Assembly (NCBI GenBank): GCA_951406725.2
Contig: OX597833.1
Coordinates: 14,198,001-14,262,000 of the forward strand
Length of the DNA stretch: 64,000 bases
Direction: 5' to 3'
Source of the DNA: Octopus vulgaris
Lineage: Eukaryota
Of the stretch, positions 1-12,589 are shown in pieces. The notes beneath the pieces were generated by a model. That model did no database searches, had not been told where the DNA came from, and saw only the letters and a program-made list of their open reading frames with translations. Position 1 is the stretch's first letter. Every line of letters begins with the position of its first letter. The position numbers and the translations under genes were made by a program.

Positions 1-656
1 ATATATACACACATAAAAACATACATATAAACTACGTTCATACATATATACACACATACATGCACTTACATATATAGACACATACAAACATACATGCACT
101 TATATATATACACACATACATACAAACGTACATATAAACTACGTTCATACATATATACACACATACAGGCATACATACATACATGAATACATATACACAC
201 ATATATGCACTTACTTATAAACACACATACAAACTTACACGCACTTACATGTATACACACATACATACATACAAACAAACATACATATAAACTACGTTCA
301 TACATATATACACACATACAGGCATACATGCATACATGCATACATGAATACATATACACACATATGTGCACTTACATATATACACACATACATGCACTTA
401 CATATACACACACACACATACATACAAACATATATGCACTTACATATATACACACATACCTACGTACAAACACATATAAACTACGTTCATACATATATAC
501 ACACATACAGGCATACATACATACATACATACATCCATCCATCCATCCATCCATCCATCCATCCATCCATCCATCCATACATACATACATACATACATAC
601 ATACATACATACATACATACATACATACATACATGAATACATATACACACATATGT
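1..656. repeat. Compound (CA/TA/TACA/TCCA) microsatellite-minisatellite
   Basis: The motif AAACTACGTTCATACATATATACACACATACA recurs near 29, 137, 290 and 478, followed by pure (CATC)n and (CATA)n. The ORFs here are repeat translations. Confidence 0.95.
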
Positions 657-1597
657 GCGGGCGAACGACGCAGTGATGTGTTCAAAGACCTCGCTGATTA
701 GTTCATTAAAATTATTTGATATCCTTCAAACGATGTCGCGGTTTGTATCCTATAACAAAATGGAGAAACCTCATTAGTTCATATCCTGAAAATTTATTCA
801 TGTATTCTTCACTTTATGTCAGAAATATGATTAACGACTTTACGTAATAAATTTTATATACATAAGAATCCATTGTTGATAAGTATTTTGCTTCGATGTT
901 GAAAAGAGCCATATTAGTAAATTGTAAAGACTGCCATTTAAATCGATGACACCTAAATAAGATTTTCTCTGTTAAATTTACAATGTATGATTATGGAAGT
1001 TAACTTATATCAAATCCTAAACTAATTACAATCAATTTAATTATCAACAGCCTTTCATATATAAGTAGCTTTTCGATATTATATCATCTTGATCAGTATA
1101 TACATATATTTGTATATTTGTGTGTAATGAATAGGATTTAGGCTTGTGATTATGTATCTGTTCGGCTGTCTATTTTCATTGTCTATCACTCTAAAATGCA
1201 GCAATTCATACACGCATATAAATACATGCAAGATTAAACTATTATCGCATATATGTAGATAATACTATTATACTTATATACTTACAATGAGAAATTTGTA
1301 TGCAGTCTAGATTTTCATTTATGTCTATCATCGTAAGCTGTACTGGGCTACGTAAAAGACTAGAAATACAGTTTCTGTAAGAAAGTAGAAGGTAAACTCA
1401 TTTGCATTCTTCAAATAGGTGGGATAGTTACAATGTGATTTTGCGCAACCCGGACCACCTCTCTCCTCTAGCTACAAACACATAATACTTATTGTATTCC
1501 CTTTCCTGAACACTTTCATGTAAACTGTTTTTAAACTTTTCTCATCATTATCAAAGACTGTACAACTGTATTTTAATACTTTTGTGATAACCATTTT

Positions 1598-1598
1598 T

Positions 1599-1672
<74 letters not shown>

Positions 1673-1717
1673 AATTATTCAGTTTATCATTTAAATATAT
1701 ATGACATGTCTAGATAT

Positions 1718-1792
<75 letters not shown>
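1598..1792. repeat. (ATC)n followed by (TA)n(TG)n microsatellites
   Basis: Directly visible; the source of the poly-M ORF. Confidence 0.95.
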
Positions 1793-1793
<1 letters not shown>

Positions 1794-1796
1794 ATT

Positions 1797-2003
1797 TGTT
1801 ATTCGTGCCTGTGTTTATCCATCCATCATCGCCTGACAACCGATGTTGATGTTTACGTTCCCATCAGTTAGCGGTTCGGCAAAAAACGTCCGATAGAATA
1901 AGTACAAGGCTTATAAAGAATAAGTCCTGGGAGTCGATTTGTTAGACTAAAGGAAGTGCTCCAGCATGGCCGCAGTCAACTAACTGAAGCAAGTAAAAGA
2001 ATA
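1797..2003 (+). mobile_element. SINE family A, diverged 3' half
   Basis: GACAACCGATG...GCGGTTCGGCAAAA...CCGATAGAATAAGTAC...GTGCTCCAGCATGGCCGCAGTC...AAGTAAAAGA matches the 3' half of other family A copies. Confidence 0.85.
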
Positions 2004-2008
2004 ACACA

Positions 2009-2062
<54 letters not shown>

Positions 2063-2222
2063 GTATGTATATATGTATATATATACATATAGATATATAC
2101 ACACATACATAAATATACATACATATACACACACACGAAGAAACTGACAGAATAAGTACCAGGCTTATCAAAAAAAACTCACTAGGCAGTGTCTCATATT
2201 TTTGTTTGCCCACTCAGTTGTA

Positions 2223-3542
2223 TCTATCAATTTTTCTTTGTATATATATATATAACACTCCTAAAATCATTTCTTTTATGATCCAAAACTAGGTCAAAAG
2301 TACTGAATGGATCTTTATGAAATTTGGAAATTATATTCTATGCATAAGGGCCATAACCCCCATGACTATTCATATATTTTTCCTTTTGATGAAATTTTAA
2401 CCATAGATATTAGACACAAATGAAGTAATTTTTTATAAAATTTCATCTTCTTACAAGTTAGAAAGACCCTTCCATGGGGATTTAAAACCCACAATTTTGT
2501 CATTTTATCTAAGCAAAAACGAATACAGTGGTGCTCTTGGAAGCTGTAGGGTTACCCGAGCATAAAAGATGAGCATTATTTGTAATTCAATAGTACAACA
2601 GTGTAACAGTTTGCTTTCACATACACTTACATTGTGATTTCTGTAATGTGATGCATAAATTGTCAAGTAAACGAGAGGCATCTTTGCCTCCACAGATTCA
2701 GTTGCAAAGTGTTGAGTGACGTTATTTGATTGCAGACCTCCTTTCAGTCTTTTTATTATCACTGGGTCACACATAGTCCCCACATGGTAACATTGATTTC
2801 AAGGCCTTCCCAGATGAGTGACTGGTTATTCCAAGACATTTATAGATTGCAAATTTATTCTGTCCAGTTACGTATCAGTATAGTGGTCATTTGCAAACTC
2901 CAGAGATGACACTTTCATTTCTCCTTAGCCTTCACGTCACACAGTTGTTAATGTTTATTTCAGTTGGGTCACGCCCTTCCAATTGCTATAGATTCGTAAT
3001 GCATCTTACGACTGTGCCTGTCACCTGGATGGTGAGGAATTCTACATTGGGAGTGGTAACGACTAGGGTAGGATAGCTGACTGCTTATTGTGATCATTCG
3101 TCTTTTGGTTTCCTGTAGCTTTGCTCTCTTTTACAATCCCAGTGAACATATATTTCCTATTTCAAAGAAGTTCAAACAATAGACATAAGACCCAAGTTAA
3201 AAAAATTCTCAACAATTCAACTTCTCTAGTTGACATTAAGACACCCACCCCCGACAGGGGCCTTAACTCTCACATTTTAGAGCTCCATGACCTTCATTTT
3301 TCAGGAGCAAAATTCTTTTAACAGGTTCTATAAGACTGGAATTTTGGAATATGCGCATAAAAATCAGTAGTATAGGATACACCTGACACGATTGCAATTT
3401 TATTTAGGGTGTGTAAAGAGGGAAATAACCCTCATCTGCAATTTTGATGAAATTCGAAACAAAGGTTCATTACAGAAAATATAACAGAAAAGTCAAATTC
3501 TTCAATTGCATGTTACACGAGCAACGCCGGGTATCTCTGCTA

Positions 3543-3543
<1 letters not shown>
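2223..3543 (+). mobile_element. Non-autonomous Helitron-like element (5' boundary uncertain)
   Basis: The 3' end CACGAGCAACGCCGGGTATCTCTGCTAG|T has the same hairpin+CTAG terminus as other Helitrons here. A TC-TATA-rich start candidate lies near 2223-2255. Confidence 0.55.
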
Positions 3544-3599
<56 letters not shown>

Positions 3600-3625
3600 C
3601 ATACATACATACATACATACATACA

Positions 3626-3660
<35 letters not shown>

Positions 3661-4084
3661 TTACTGAATATTTAGGGTAAACTATCCAGCTGTAGATTCT
3701 TGAAAATATTTAAGCGATAAGCTGTTACGTTTAACAAATAATTAATTGAGGTAGAAATAATAAAAGTGTTGAGAACAAGATCAATGAAACAACTTCGTAT
3801 CTAGTATTTATAGAAGTTTAAACAGTTTTCAAAGTGTTAACCAGTTTTAAATATACGTAAAAAGAATCATACCTTGAAAAAATTGTAAAAAATAAACGCT
3901 GAAAAGTTCTAAATAGTACGTATTCAATCAATATTAAATATAACAAGTGAATCGATGGATAAAGGTTTTTGAATTATAAAAAATTTAATATGGAATCGAA
4001 TTATAAGTTATATGTAGGAAAGGATGGACGATATGCTAGAAAAAGATATTTTTCAAGTACAGGAGAATAATTGGAACGGGCAGA

Positions 4085-4137
4085 GTCTATCTGTCTGCCT
4101 GTCTATCTGTCTGCCTGTCTATCTGTCTGCCTGTCTA

Positions 4138-4220
<83 letters not shown>

Positions 4221-4246
4221 GTCTGTCTGTCTGTCTATCTATCTGT
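4085..4246. repeat. (TCTG)n/(TCTA)n microsatellite
   Basis: Directly visible. Confidence 0.95.
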
Positions 4247-4377
4247 ATACACCCGTGACTAAAGAAGCCAAATTGTTATTACATATATGTGTGTGAGTTC
4301 GTGCCTCTATGTGAGTGTTTGTATGCGTGTCTGTGCGTGTGAATGTGTGTATATATAAATATATATATATAAATTAG

Positions 4378-4620
4378 GTTCCTTCTCGAGCCATGCCACG
4401 CTCATAAGGGCCGGTTTCCCGGTTTCAGTGGAGTAGAAATTCCCCACCTGGACGGGACGCCAGTCCGTGGCAGTATTGCTCATTTTTGTCAGCGGAGTGG
4501 ACTGGAGCAGGGTGAAAATGAAGTGTTTTGCTCAAGAACACAACGCATCGCCCGGTCCAGGAATCGAAACCACAACTTTACGATCATGAGTTCAACACCC
4601 TAACCACTAAGCCACGCGTC

Positions 4621-4625
<5 letters not shown>
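4378..4625 (-). mobile_element. SINE family D (tRNA head, CORE-like middle)
   Basis: The reverse complement reads GCGTGGCTTAGTGGTTAGGG (A box)...GGTTTCGATTCC (B box)...TGTGTTCTTGAGCAAAACACTTCAT...GAAACCGGGAAACCGG. Confidence 0.88.
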
Positions 4626-4673
<48 letters not shown>

Positions 4674-4686
4674 TTCTTATATATAT

Positions 4687-5119
4687 ACTCTTTTACTCTT
4701 TTACTTGTTTCAGTCATTTGAGTAAATCGACCCCAGGGCTTATTCTTTGTAAGCCTAGTACTTATTCTATCAATATCTTTTGCTGAACTGCTAAGTTACG
4801 GGACGTAAACACACCACAAGCAATGGTGGGGGGACAAACACAGACACACAAACATATACATACATACATACATAGATATATACATACATACATATATATA
4901 TATACATATATACATATATATATATACATACATACATACATATATATATATACATATATACGACGGGCTTCTTCCAGTTTCCGTCTACCAAATCCACTCA
5001 CAAGGCTTTGGTCGGCCCGAAGGTATAGTAGAAGACACTTGCCCAAGGTGCCACGCAGTGGGACTGAACCCGGAACCATGTGGTTGGTTAGCAAGCTACT
5101 TACCACACAGTCACTCCTG

Positions 5120-5120
<1 letters not shown>
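4687..5120 (-). mobile_element. SINE family A with internal microsatellite
   Basis: Matches the family consensus GCAGGAGTGGCTGTGTGGTAAG...GGGTTCAGTCCC...(TA)n(TG)n...GAAACAAGTAAAAGAGTAAAAGAG, with internal deletions. Confidence 0.92.
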
Positions 5121-5159
<39 letters not shown>

Positions 5160-5546
5160 TACCTGTATGTTTCTAATATGCTTAAACTAAAGAAGAAGAA
5201 GAGAGAAGAACATAGAAGCCAAACAATCGAGGATGAAACCTTAAAATTCAAAATATAAGCGAGTAAATTTAATAAAGAATTAGTAAATTTTTCCTGTGAA
5301 GAAATGAGTGGGAGGTGGCTAAATTCGTTTGTTTGCGCAGGAAATGATTGCAAAAAGCATATTTTTAGAAAAATGCTAAACTTATTAGGATTAGTAAAAA
5401 TTTAAAAATAAGAAAAATATTAAAATTATTATAAGTTGATAAAGCAATAACGAGAGAAGAAAAGACAGAATAGTACGAGAAATATAATTCGAAAGTAAAA
5501 CATAATTTGATTGTAATGAAATAGATTAAATTATGATATCAAATAT

Positions 5547-5932
5547 GGAAGCACTCCGTCGGTTACGACGACGAGGGTTCCGGTTGATCCGAATCAACGG
5601 AACAGCCTGCTCGTGAAATTAACGTGTAAGTGGCTGAGCACTCCACAGACACGTGTACCCTTAACGTAGTTCTCGGGGATATTCAGCGTGACACAGAGAG
5701 TGACAAGGCCGGCCCTTTGAAATACAAGGTACAACAGAAACAGGAAGTAAGAGTGAGAGAAAGTTGTGGTGAAAGAGTACAGCAGGGATCACCACCATCC
5801 CCTGCCGGAGCCTCGTGGAGCTTTTAGGTGTTTTCGCTCAATAAACACTCACAACGCCCGGTCTGGGAATCGAAACCGCGATCCTATGACCGCGTGTCCG
5901 CTGCCCTAACCACTGGGCCATTGCGCCTCCAC
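5547..5932 (-). mobile_element. SINE family C (tRNA-Arg-like head), full length
   Basis: A box TGGCCCAGTGG, B box GGTTTCGATTCC, 3' end CGTAACCGACGGAGTGCTTCC; TSD ATATCAAATAT on both sides. Confidence 0.93.
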
Positions 5933-6068
5933 TAATATCAAATATACGTACTGTAACGCTGGGGATTCATATAATTTAACGGATGAAGGCGGATTTTAAA
6001 ATATAGTAAGTGCGAATTTGGGGGATTTAGTAAGAATAAGTTTCAACTTTAAATTATATATTCAGAAA

Positions 6069-6436
6069 TCTATTATATAAAATCCGTTCTGTCTATCTGT
6101 CTATGTGTCTTCTAGGATCTCGGGCATCCTCCATCTGATTGCGCTCAAATTTGATATGTAGATGCCGACGGTATCAGGGCGTGTATAAAGTCTTGAAAAA
6201 AATTTCAAAAATCGATTCCAGGTGAGAATGCGATCGATAAAGCCGCGGAAACATGCATTTGTACGCGCAAGTACATCAGTCGAAATCAGTCTTTTGCTGG
6301 TGTCTCAAATTTAGGTTAAATCAGTGTTTCTCAAGGGGGGGGGGGCTATGGGGCGGTCGGACAAGTTGTTTTGAGAAAATTTGGTTTCAATGTTTGACAA
6401 CTCAGCACCGTCCATTAGACGGGGGCGTTTTGCTCG
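6069..6436 (+). mobile_element. Non-autonomous Helitron-like element, CTCG-ended family
   Basis: A|TCTATTATATAAAA start, CCGTC/GACGG hairpin, end TGCTCG|T; second copy at 48337-48726. Confidence 0.7.
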
Positions 6437-6551
6437 TGTTTAATATTAGAGTAAATGAAGGAAAGGTAATTATTGGATATAATTGGGAGCTTATTTGGAT
6501 TGAGAAATGTTTCTCCAAGAATTCAATGAAAAGTCAAGAAAAGAAGTCATA

Positions 6552-6714
6552 GGCGTAGGAGTGGCTGTGTGGTAAGTAGCTTGCTTACCAACCACATGGT
6601 TCCGGGTTCAGTCCCACTGGGTGGCACCTTGGGCAAAGTGTCTTCTGCTATAGCCCCGGGCCGACCAAAGCCTTGTGAGTGGATTTGGCAGACGGAAATT
6701 GAAAGAAGCCCGTC

Positions 6715-6757
<43 letters not shown>

Positions 6758-6931
6758 CGTGTTTGTGTGTCTGTGTTTGTCCCCCCCCCCCAACATCGCT
6801 TGACAGCCGATGCTGGTGTGTTTACGTCCCCGTAACTTAGCGGTTCGACAAAAGTGACCGATAGAATAAGTACTAGGCTTACAAAGAATAAGTCCTGGGG
6901 TCGATTTGCCTGGCTAAAGGCGGTGCTCCAG
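6552..6931 (+). mobile_element. SINE family A, 3'-truncated
   Basis: Family A head and internal (TA)n(TG)n; stops after GGCGGTGCTCCAG. Confidence 0.92.
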
Positions 6932-6962
6932 TGCTCAGCCTCGAGTAGAAAAGAATATATAC

Positions 6963-7061
6963 CAGTCGGGTGCTCGTGTAGTCTTTCCTCGCACCCTCGA
7001 TGTTCCTTTTGGTCAAATGTAGGGCGGCCGATGGGGCGTCTGCTCTCGACTACATAGAAAC
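6963..7061 (-). other. Candidate 99-bp internal coding exon (unverified)
   Basis: Unique, GC-elevated segment bounded by TTGCTTTAG| and |GTATAT on the minus strand. One open frame (phase 1): FYVVESRRPIGRPTFDQKEHRGCEERLHEHPT. No recognisable homology. Confidence 0.25.
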
Positions 7062-7962
7062 CTAAAGCAATTATCAAAGTATGGTAAGCGTTACTCCACT
7101 CTTGTTTAAGAGTGACCACTGCATCTTTAAGAATACGACAGATGCGTGATTCAGTAGTGGTCAGTAGGCTTTGTACATTTTTGCTACCAATAAAATGTTT
7201 AATCTTATTTAATGTTAATAGTCGAAAAAGTTTAAATATTTGCACAATCGCTTACTGCTAAGCTAATCTTAAATCATTTAAAAATTTTATTCTATCTATA
7301 TAATTTTAAAATTTTTTTTTGGTGAATATCCAATAATTTTCTATCGTATAAATACATAATTTTCTCATAATTATAAATTTCCCATTTTATCTCCCAAACT
7401 AACTGCTATCTAAAATAGCATTTTCTCTAGCACCAAATTATAGCTTTATTTTTGAATTTTAACCATATTTAACTTCTTTACTCAGTAAACAGTCCATATA
7501 AGCTCCGCCCCTAGAATCTTATTTAAACCTCGGGATATACACACGTACATGCATACACATATGTATATACATACATATACACATGCACACATATATGCAT
7601 ACACACACACGCACACAGACACACGCACATATATGTATATATACATAAACACACATACACGCATACACACAAACACACACAGACACACATACAGGCACAC
7701 ATACGCACACACACACTCACCCCAACACACATATCCTCAGAAAATAAAGACAAAATTGCATAGCTTACGTCAAGTAATTTATATCCCTCTGAGCTGTATT
7801 AAATAAGCAGAACAAATATTTTAAACATTTAGTTCGCATATTTTCCAATTGTTTTTCAGTCTGAGATATTGAAGAAGAAAAAAGTAGTTTACTTTTTAAA
7901 TCTTTCAAAACCCCGTTATAATGTTTCGCTCTGTATAAGTCTTTTTTAACATATCACTATAT

Positions 7963-8928
7963 ATTTCTTTATTGCCCACAAGGGGCTAAACACAGAGGAG
8001 ACAAACAAGGACAGATAAGGGGATTGAGTTGATTGCATCGACCCCAGTGCAAAACTGGTACTTTATTTATCGACCCCGAAATGAGGAAAGGCAAAGTCGA
8101 CTTCGGTGGAATTTGAACTCAGAACGTAGCGGCAGACGAAATACCTATTTCTTTACTACTCACAAGGAGCTAAACATAGAGGGGACAAACAAGGACAGAC
8201 AAGGGGATTAAGTCTATTATATCAACCCCAGTGCGTAACTGGTACTTATTCAATCGACCCCAAAAGAATGAAAGGCAAAGCCGATCTCGGTGGAATTTGA
8301 ACTCAGAATATAACGGCATTCGAAATACCTATTTCTTTACTACCCACAAGGGGCTAAGCACAGAGAAGACAAACAAGGACAGACAAACGGAATAAGTCGA
8401 TTACATCGACCCCAGTGCGTAACTTATTTAATCGACCCTGAAGGGATGAAAGGCAAAGTCGACCTTTGCGGAATTTGAATTCAGAACGTAACGACAGACG
8501 AAATAACTATTTCTTTACTACCCACAAGGGGCTAAACACAGAGAGGACAAACAAGGACAGGCAAACGGATTAAGTCGATTACATCGACCACAGTGCGTAA
8601 CTGGTACTTTTTTAATCGACCCCGAAAGGATGAAAGGCAAAGTCGACCTCGGCGGAATTTGAACTCAGAACGTAACGGCAGACGAAATACCTATTTCTAT
8701 TTCTTTACTACCAACAAGGGGCTAAACACAGAGAGGTCAAACAAGGACAGACAAACGGATTAAGTAGATTACATCGACCGCAGTGCGTAACTGGTACTTA
8801 TTTAATCGACCCCGAAAGGATGATAGGCAAAGTCCACCTCGGCGGAATTTGAACTCAGAACGTAGCGGCAAACGAAATACTGCTAAGCATTTCACCAGGC
8901 ACGCTAACGTCTCTGCCAGCTCGCCGCC
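7963..8928 (-). mobile_element. SINE family B multimer: one head plus about five 180-190 bp body units
   Basis: Head GGCGGCGAGCTGGCAGA at 8928; repeated GAGTTCAAATTCC...GACTTTGCCTTTCATCCTTTCGGGGTCGA...GCCCCTTGTGGG units. A single TSD TTTTAACATATCACTATAT lies at 7944-7962 and 8929-8947. Confidence 0.93.
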
Positions 8929-8949
8929 TTTTAACATATCACTATATTC

Positions 8950-11745
8950 ACAGTGATTAATGATTAACTGTTAATGAGCGGCTTTTATAACTTTGTTATT
9001 TCGCCGATGCTCTGTAGCAGTTATGAATTGGAAATTTTGTAAATCCACTTTGACATATATTACCATATGTCCAGTAATGGAAATTTCTTGTACTCTTACA
9101 ATTGATTTACTGTTCGTTTATCGCCATTCTTTTGCGTACCGACAATATTGTTTGTCCTATGTTGTTTCCCAAGCTTCTGCATACTGCCACACAGCCTAGG
9201 TTCTTTGAGCTTCAAATAAAGCCCTAATTTACTTTAAAGCACTGTCTGTCTTCAAACTTGAGGGTTGAGTCTTCATTGAAACATAAAGACATAGCACGTT
9301 TTCGTCTTATGCAGCTTGTAACAGAGGAGTTGGAAACTTGTTTATGAACTTTTCAATACTAAGTACATATTAGGTTGCTTTTGATATCTTATTCATTTTC
9401 TAAAACATACTTCATATAACATGGGTAAAATTTTAAGCCAAATTTAGCAAAATAAAGCGAAATATTTCGGCCTTTCTTGCTTTAAACGTTGACACAAGAC
9501 AACACCTTGCTGTCAGTTTTACGTGTTGAATATCTCCAAGAATTGCTGTTTGAATAAGAATGTTCTTACAATTCAATTTGTGGTTACATTCTGTAGGTTT
9601 TGATACTAGTGAAATTCTTTTTGCTAGGGTCGCATGTTCTTTCATGTGTGTTTAGGAAGGCAAAATGGGGGAAAAATATAGAGCTTTGAATCTGAGAGTT
9701 TATGGTAAATGTATGTTTGTACCTTCTTGTCAGTTTACATAATTAAAGCACCTAAAACGGTATGCCCTTCTTGTTGAATTCCATTGTGGATTTAACATTA
9801 GATTTATTACAAGCATCCAGCCACAAAATGAAACAGGCAGCCAGATATTAATTTTTTTTAAAGTATGATGTAAAATGTATTTCGAAATATTTGTAAATAT
9901 ACATCATGAATTTCTTCTCATGGTAACAATCACTAAGTTGGCGTATGTGAGGACTACTTTAGTTCCCCTGTCAGTCTCTGATATTTGTCGGTTCGTTGTG
10001 TCATCAAATATGAAGAAATGTTGACGTTACACGATTCTAGGACAAGCAACAATAAAGGTTTTAAGTGTGTTCTGATAACCCAAATTGATATGTATTAAGC
10101 CAATACTTAGTCACATTGATTCCATATTCATGAGGGATAATAATGCGCAAGATTACAGTATCAAGGTAAACAATAATTTCATTGTAGTTTACTATATTTA
10201 GGAAGAGTTAAGTACATGTAGATCATTTATAATATTTTGTATGTTTCTAATAGAATCTTAGTAAGATTTCCAAATATTACTTAACATGTGTATTTTGAAT
10301 GCAGGATCTAATTCCAAATCCCCAGTGATAGTATTTCAATAGGAGGCGCAATGGCCCAGTGGTTAGGGCAGCGGACTCGCGGTCATAGGATCGCGGTTTC
10401 GATTCCCAGACCGAGCGTTGTGAGTGTTTATTGAGCGAAAACACCTAAAGCTCCACGAGGCTCCGGCAGGGGATGGTGGTGATCCCTGCTGTACTCTTTC
10501 ACCACAACTTTCTCTCACTCTTACTTCCTGTTTCTGTTGTACCTGTATTTCAAAGGGCAGGCCTTGTCACTCTCTGTGTCACGCTGAATATCCCCGAGAA
10601 CTACGTTAAGGGTACACGTGTCTGTGTGAGGGCGCGTGGCTTAGTGGTTAGGGCACTCGGCTCATGATCGTAAGGTTGTGAGTTCGATTCCCGGCGACGC
10701 GTTGTGTCCTTGAGCAAGACACTTTATTTCACGTTGCTCCAGTCCACTCAGCTGGCAAAAATGAGTTGTACTTGTATTTCAAAGGGTCAGCCTTGTCACT
10801 CACTGTGTCACGCTGAATATCCCCGAGAACTACGTTAAGGGTGCACGTGTCTGTGGAATGCTCAGCCATTTGCACGTTAATTTCACGAGCAAGCTGTTCC
10901 GTTGATCGTATCAGCTGGGACCCTCGTCGTCGTAACCGACGGAGTGTTTCCTCCCTAGTATTTCAATACAGTTTGTTTCTGAGCTTTTATAGGCATCAAC
11001 TTTATTTTGTGCATTTAGGGTAGGCCACAGAAATTGTTAATTTAGCAGTTTTGAGTTGATTACATAATCAAATTCTTTGGTGGCCAAATATTTGCAGTTC
11101 ATATTCAATAATCTCATTAGATTTTCACTATTTTTAGTTGTTTAGAGTCGTTTTGTTTTGTTGCTAGAAATTGTTATTTCTTAATATTTTAAGCATAACT
11201 TCTTTATAACAATCTGTATCCATGAAAACAGCTGCACTACCTTTACTGGCTTCCCTAATTTTCATTTTAATGTTTTTTCTATCGAGATCATTTAGATGTT
11301 TCTATTCTTGTCTAAAGAAATTCGATTTCATGTTCCTATTTTCAGTCATTTCAATGAGAAAATTCATAATGTGTTCACAGTTAGAGCCAATTGCTTAATT
11401 CCTTCTTTTCTTTGCACAAAAATAACTTTTAATTATAGCTAGTGACTCATTATGATTATCACCACCCTTTCTAAAATTAGGCTCAACTAGCATAGGATTT
11501 CAACAATTTTTTCGTCTAATGAAAGTTAGAATTGTAGGAAGTAGCTGAAAGCTTCAGATCTCCCCCAAAGGCCACTAAATATGTTCACTTGATTATCGGC
11601 TAATCTTCTGATTGATATTAATCTTTTATCTGATTTTGCGCATATCTGAGCTCGATCTAGAAAGCGATTCTTATTGCTCTGTGAACTTGGTCTTAAAACA
11701 CAAATCTTATTGCATTTATTATCTTTGGTCTTAATTCTCATGTTT
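8950..11745 (-). mobile_element. Decayed Penelope-like retroelement (RT + GIY-YIG endonuclease pseudo-ORF)
   Basis: Manual minus-strand translation gives PLE motifs in the correct order: IREASKGSAAVFMD (~IKxADKGxAVVIMD), NFCGLP*MHK (~FYGLPKIHK), LDTVILRIIIPHEYG (~DVxSLYTNIPH), RQISETDRGTKVVLTYANL (~QxxGxAMGxxxAPxYANL), YLAACFILW (~YLDD), IYHKLSDSK (~IYxKPTD), NIGQTILSVRKRM (~YIGQT). Many stops and frameshifts. Confidence 0.85.
10342..10956 (+). mobile_element. Composite SINE: family C fused to a D-head/C-tail chimera, inserted in the Penelope-like element
   Basis: The C copy runs 10342-10626, then a new head GGCGCGTGGCTTAGTGG with the CORE-like middle and the C tail follows. One TSD, TAGTATTTCAATA, flanks the whole unit. 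Confidence 0.88.
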
Positions 11746-11789
11746 TAGGTTGACGTATCGAATCTATGACACATTCTATTTCAAATAAT

Positions 11790-12403
11790 CTTTTCTGCTC
11801 TAGGTACAAAGCCCGAAAGTTTTTGGGGAGGGAGCCAATCGATTAGATCGACCCCAGAATGCAACTGGTGCTTAATTGATCGACTCCGAAAGGATGAAAG
11901 CCAAAGTCAACTTAGGTGGAATTTGAACTCTGAATGTAAAGACAAATGAAATACTGCTAAGCATTTCGCCCGGCGAGCTAACGTTTCTTATTTCTTTATT
12001 GCCCACAAGGGGCTAAATATAGAGGGGACAAACAGGGACAGAAAAACGGATTAAGTCGATTACAACGATCCCAGTGCGTAACTGGTACTTAATTTATCGA
12101 CCCCGAAATGAGGAAAGGCAAAATCAACCTCGGCGGAATTTGAACTCGGAACGTAACGGCAGACAAAATACCTATTTCTTTACTACCCACAAGGGGCTAA
12201 ACACAGAGGGGACAAACAAGGACAGACAAACGGATTAAGTCGATTATATCGACTCCAGTGTTTCACTGGTACTTAATTTATCGACCCCGAAATGAGGAAA
12301 GGCAAAGTCGACCTCGGCGGAATTTGAACTCAGAGCGTAACGGCAGACGAAATATCACTAAGCATTTCTCCCGGCGAGCTAACGATTCTTCCAGCTCGCC
12401 GCC
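11790..12403 (-). mobile_element. SINE family B multimer plus variant-tail B copy
   Basis: Family B units; TSD ATTCTATTTCAAATAAT on both flanks. Confidence 0.9.
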
Positions 12404-12589
12404 TTATTCTATTTCAAATAATGTTACTTTGTTCAAAGCGGTTCCTAATGTAGTTTCTCATCGTTGTCATATTTCTTCCGAATTTCAGAATAATTTCATC
12501 TGGAAAATTTTGTGCATCTTCCAGAAGATTTAGCTCATTGGAAAAATAGCTTGTCTGCATTATAATTATCGAATATATCTCATATTACG

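Noticed and set aside
2505-3320. Helitron Rep/helicase coding remnant inside the putative Helitron
   Set aside because: No Rep or PIF1 motifs were recognised in the frames examined.
6547-7245. 232-aa ORF
   Set aside because: More than half runs antisense through a SINE and (TA)n; only a 99-bp part is kept as a weak exon candidate.
7963-8928. CRISPR-like regular repeats
   Set aside because: Whole units are homologous SINE bodies with no unique spacers, and the context is eukaryotic.
10342-10415. tRNA genes at SINE heads
   Set aside because: A/B boxes are present, but each continues into a SINE body with TSDs and lacks a proper acceptor stem.
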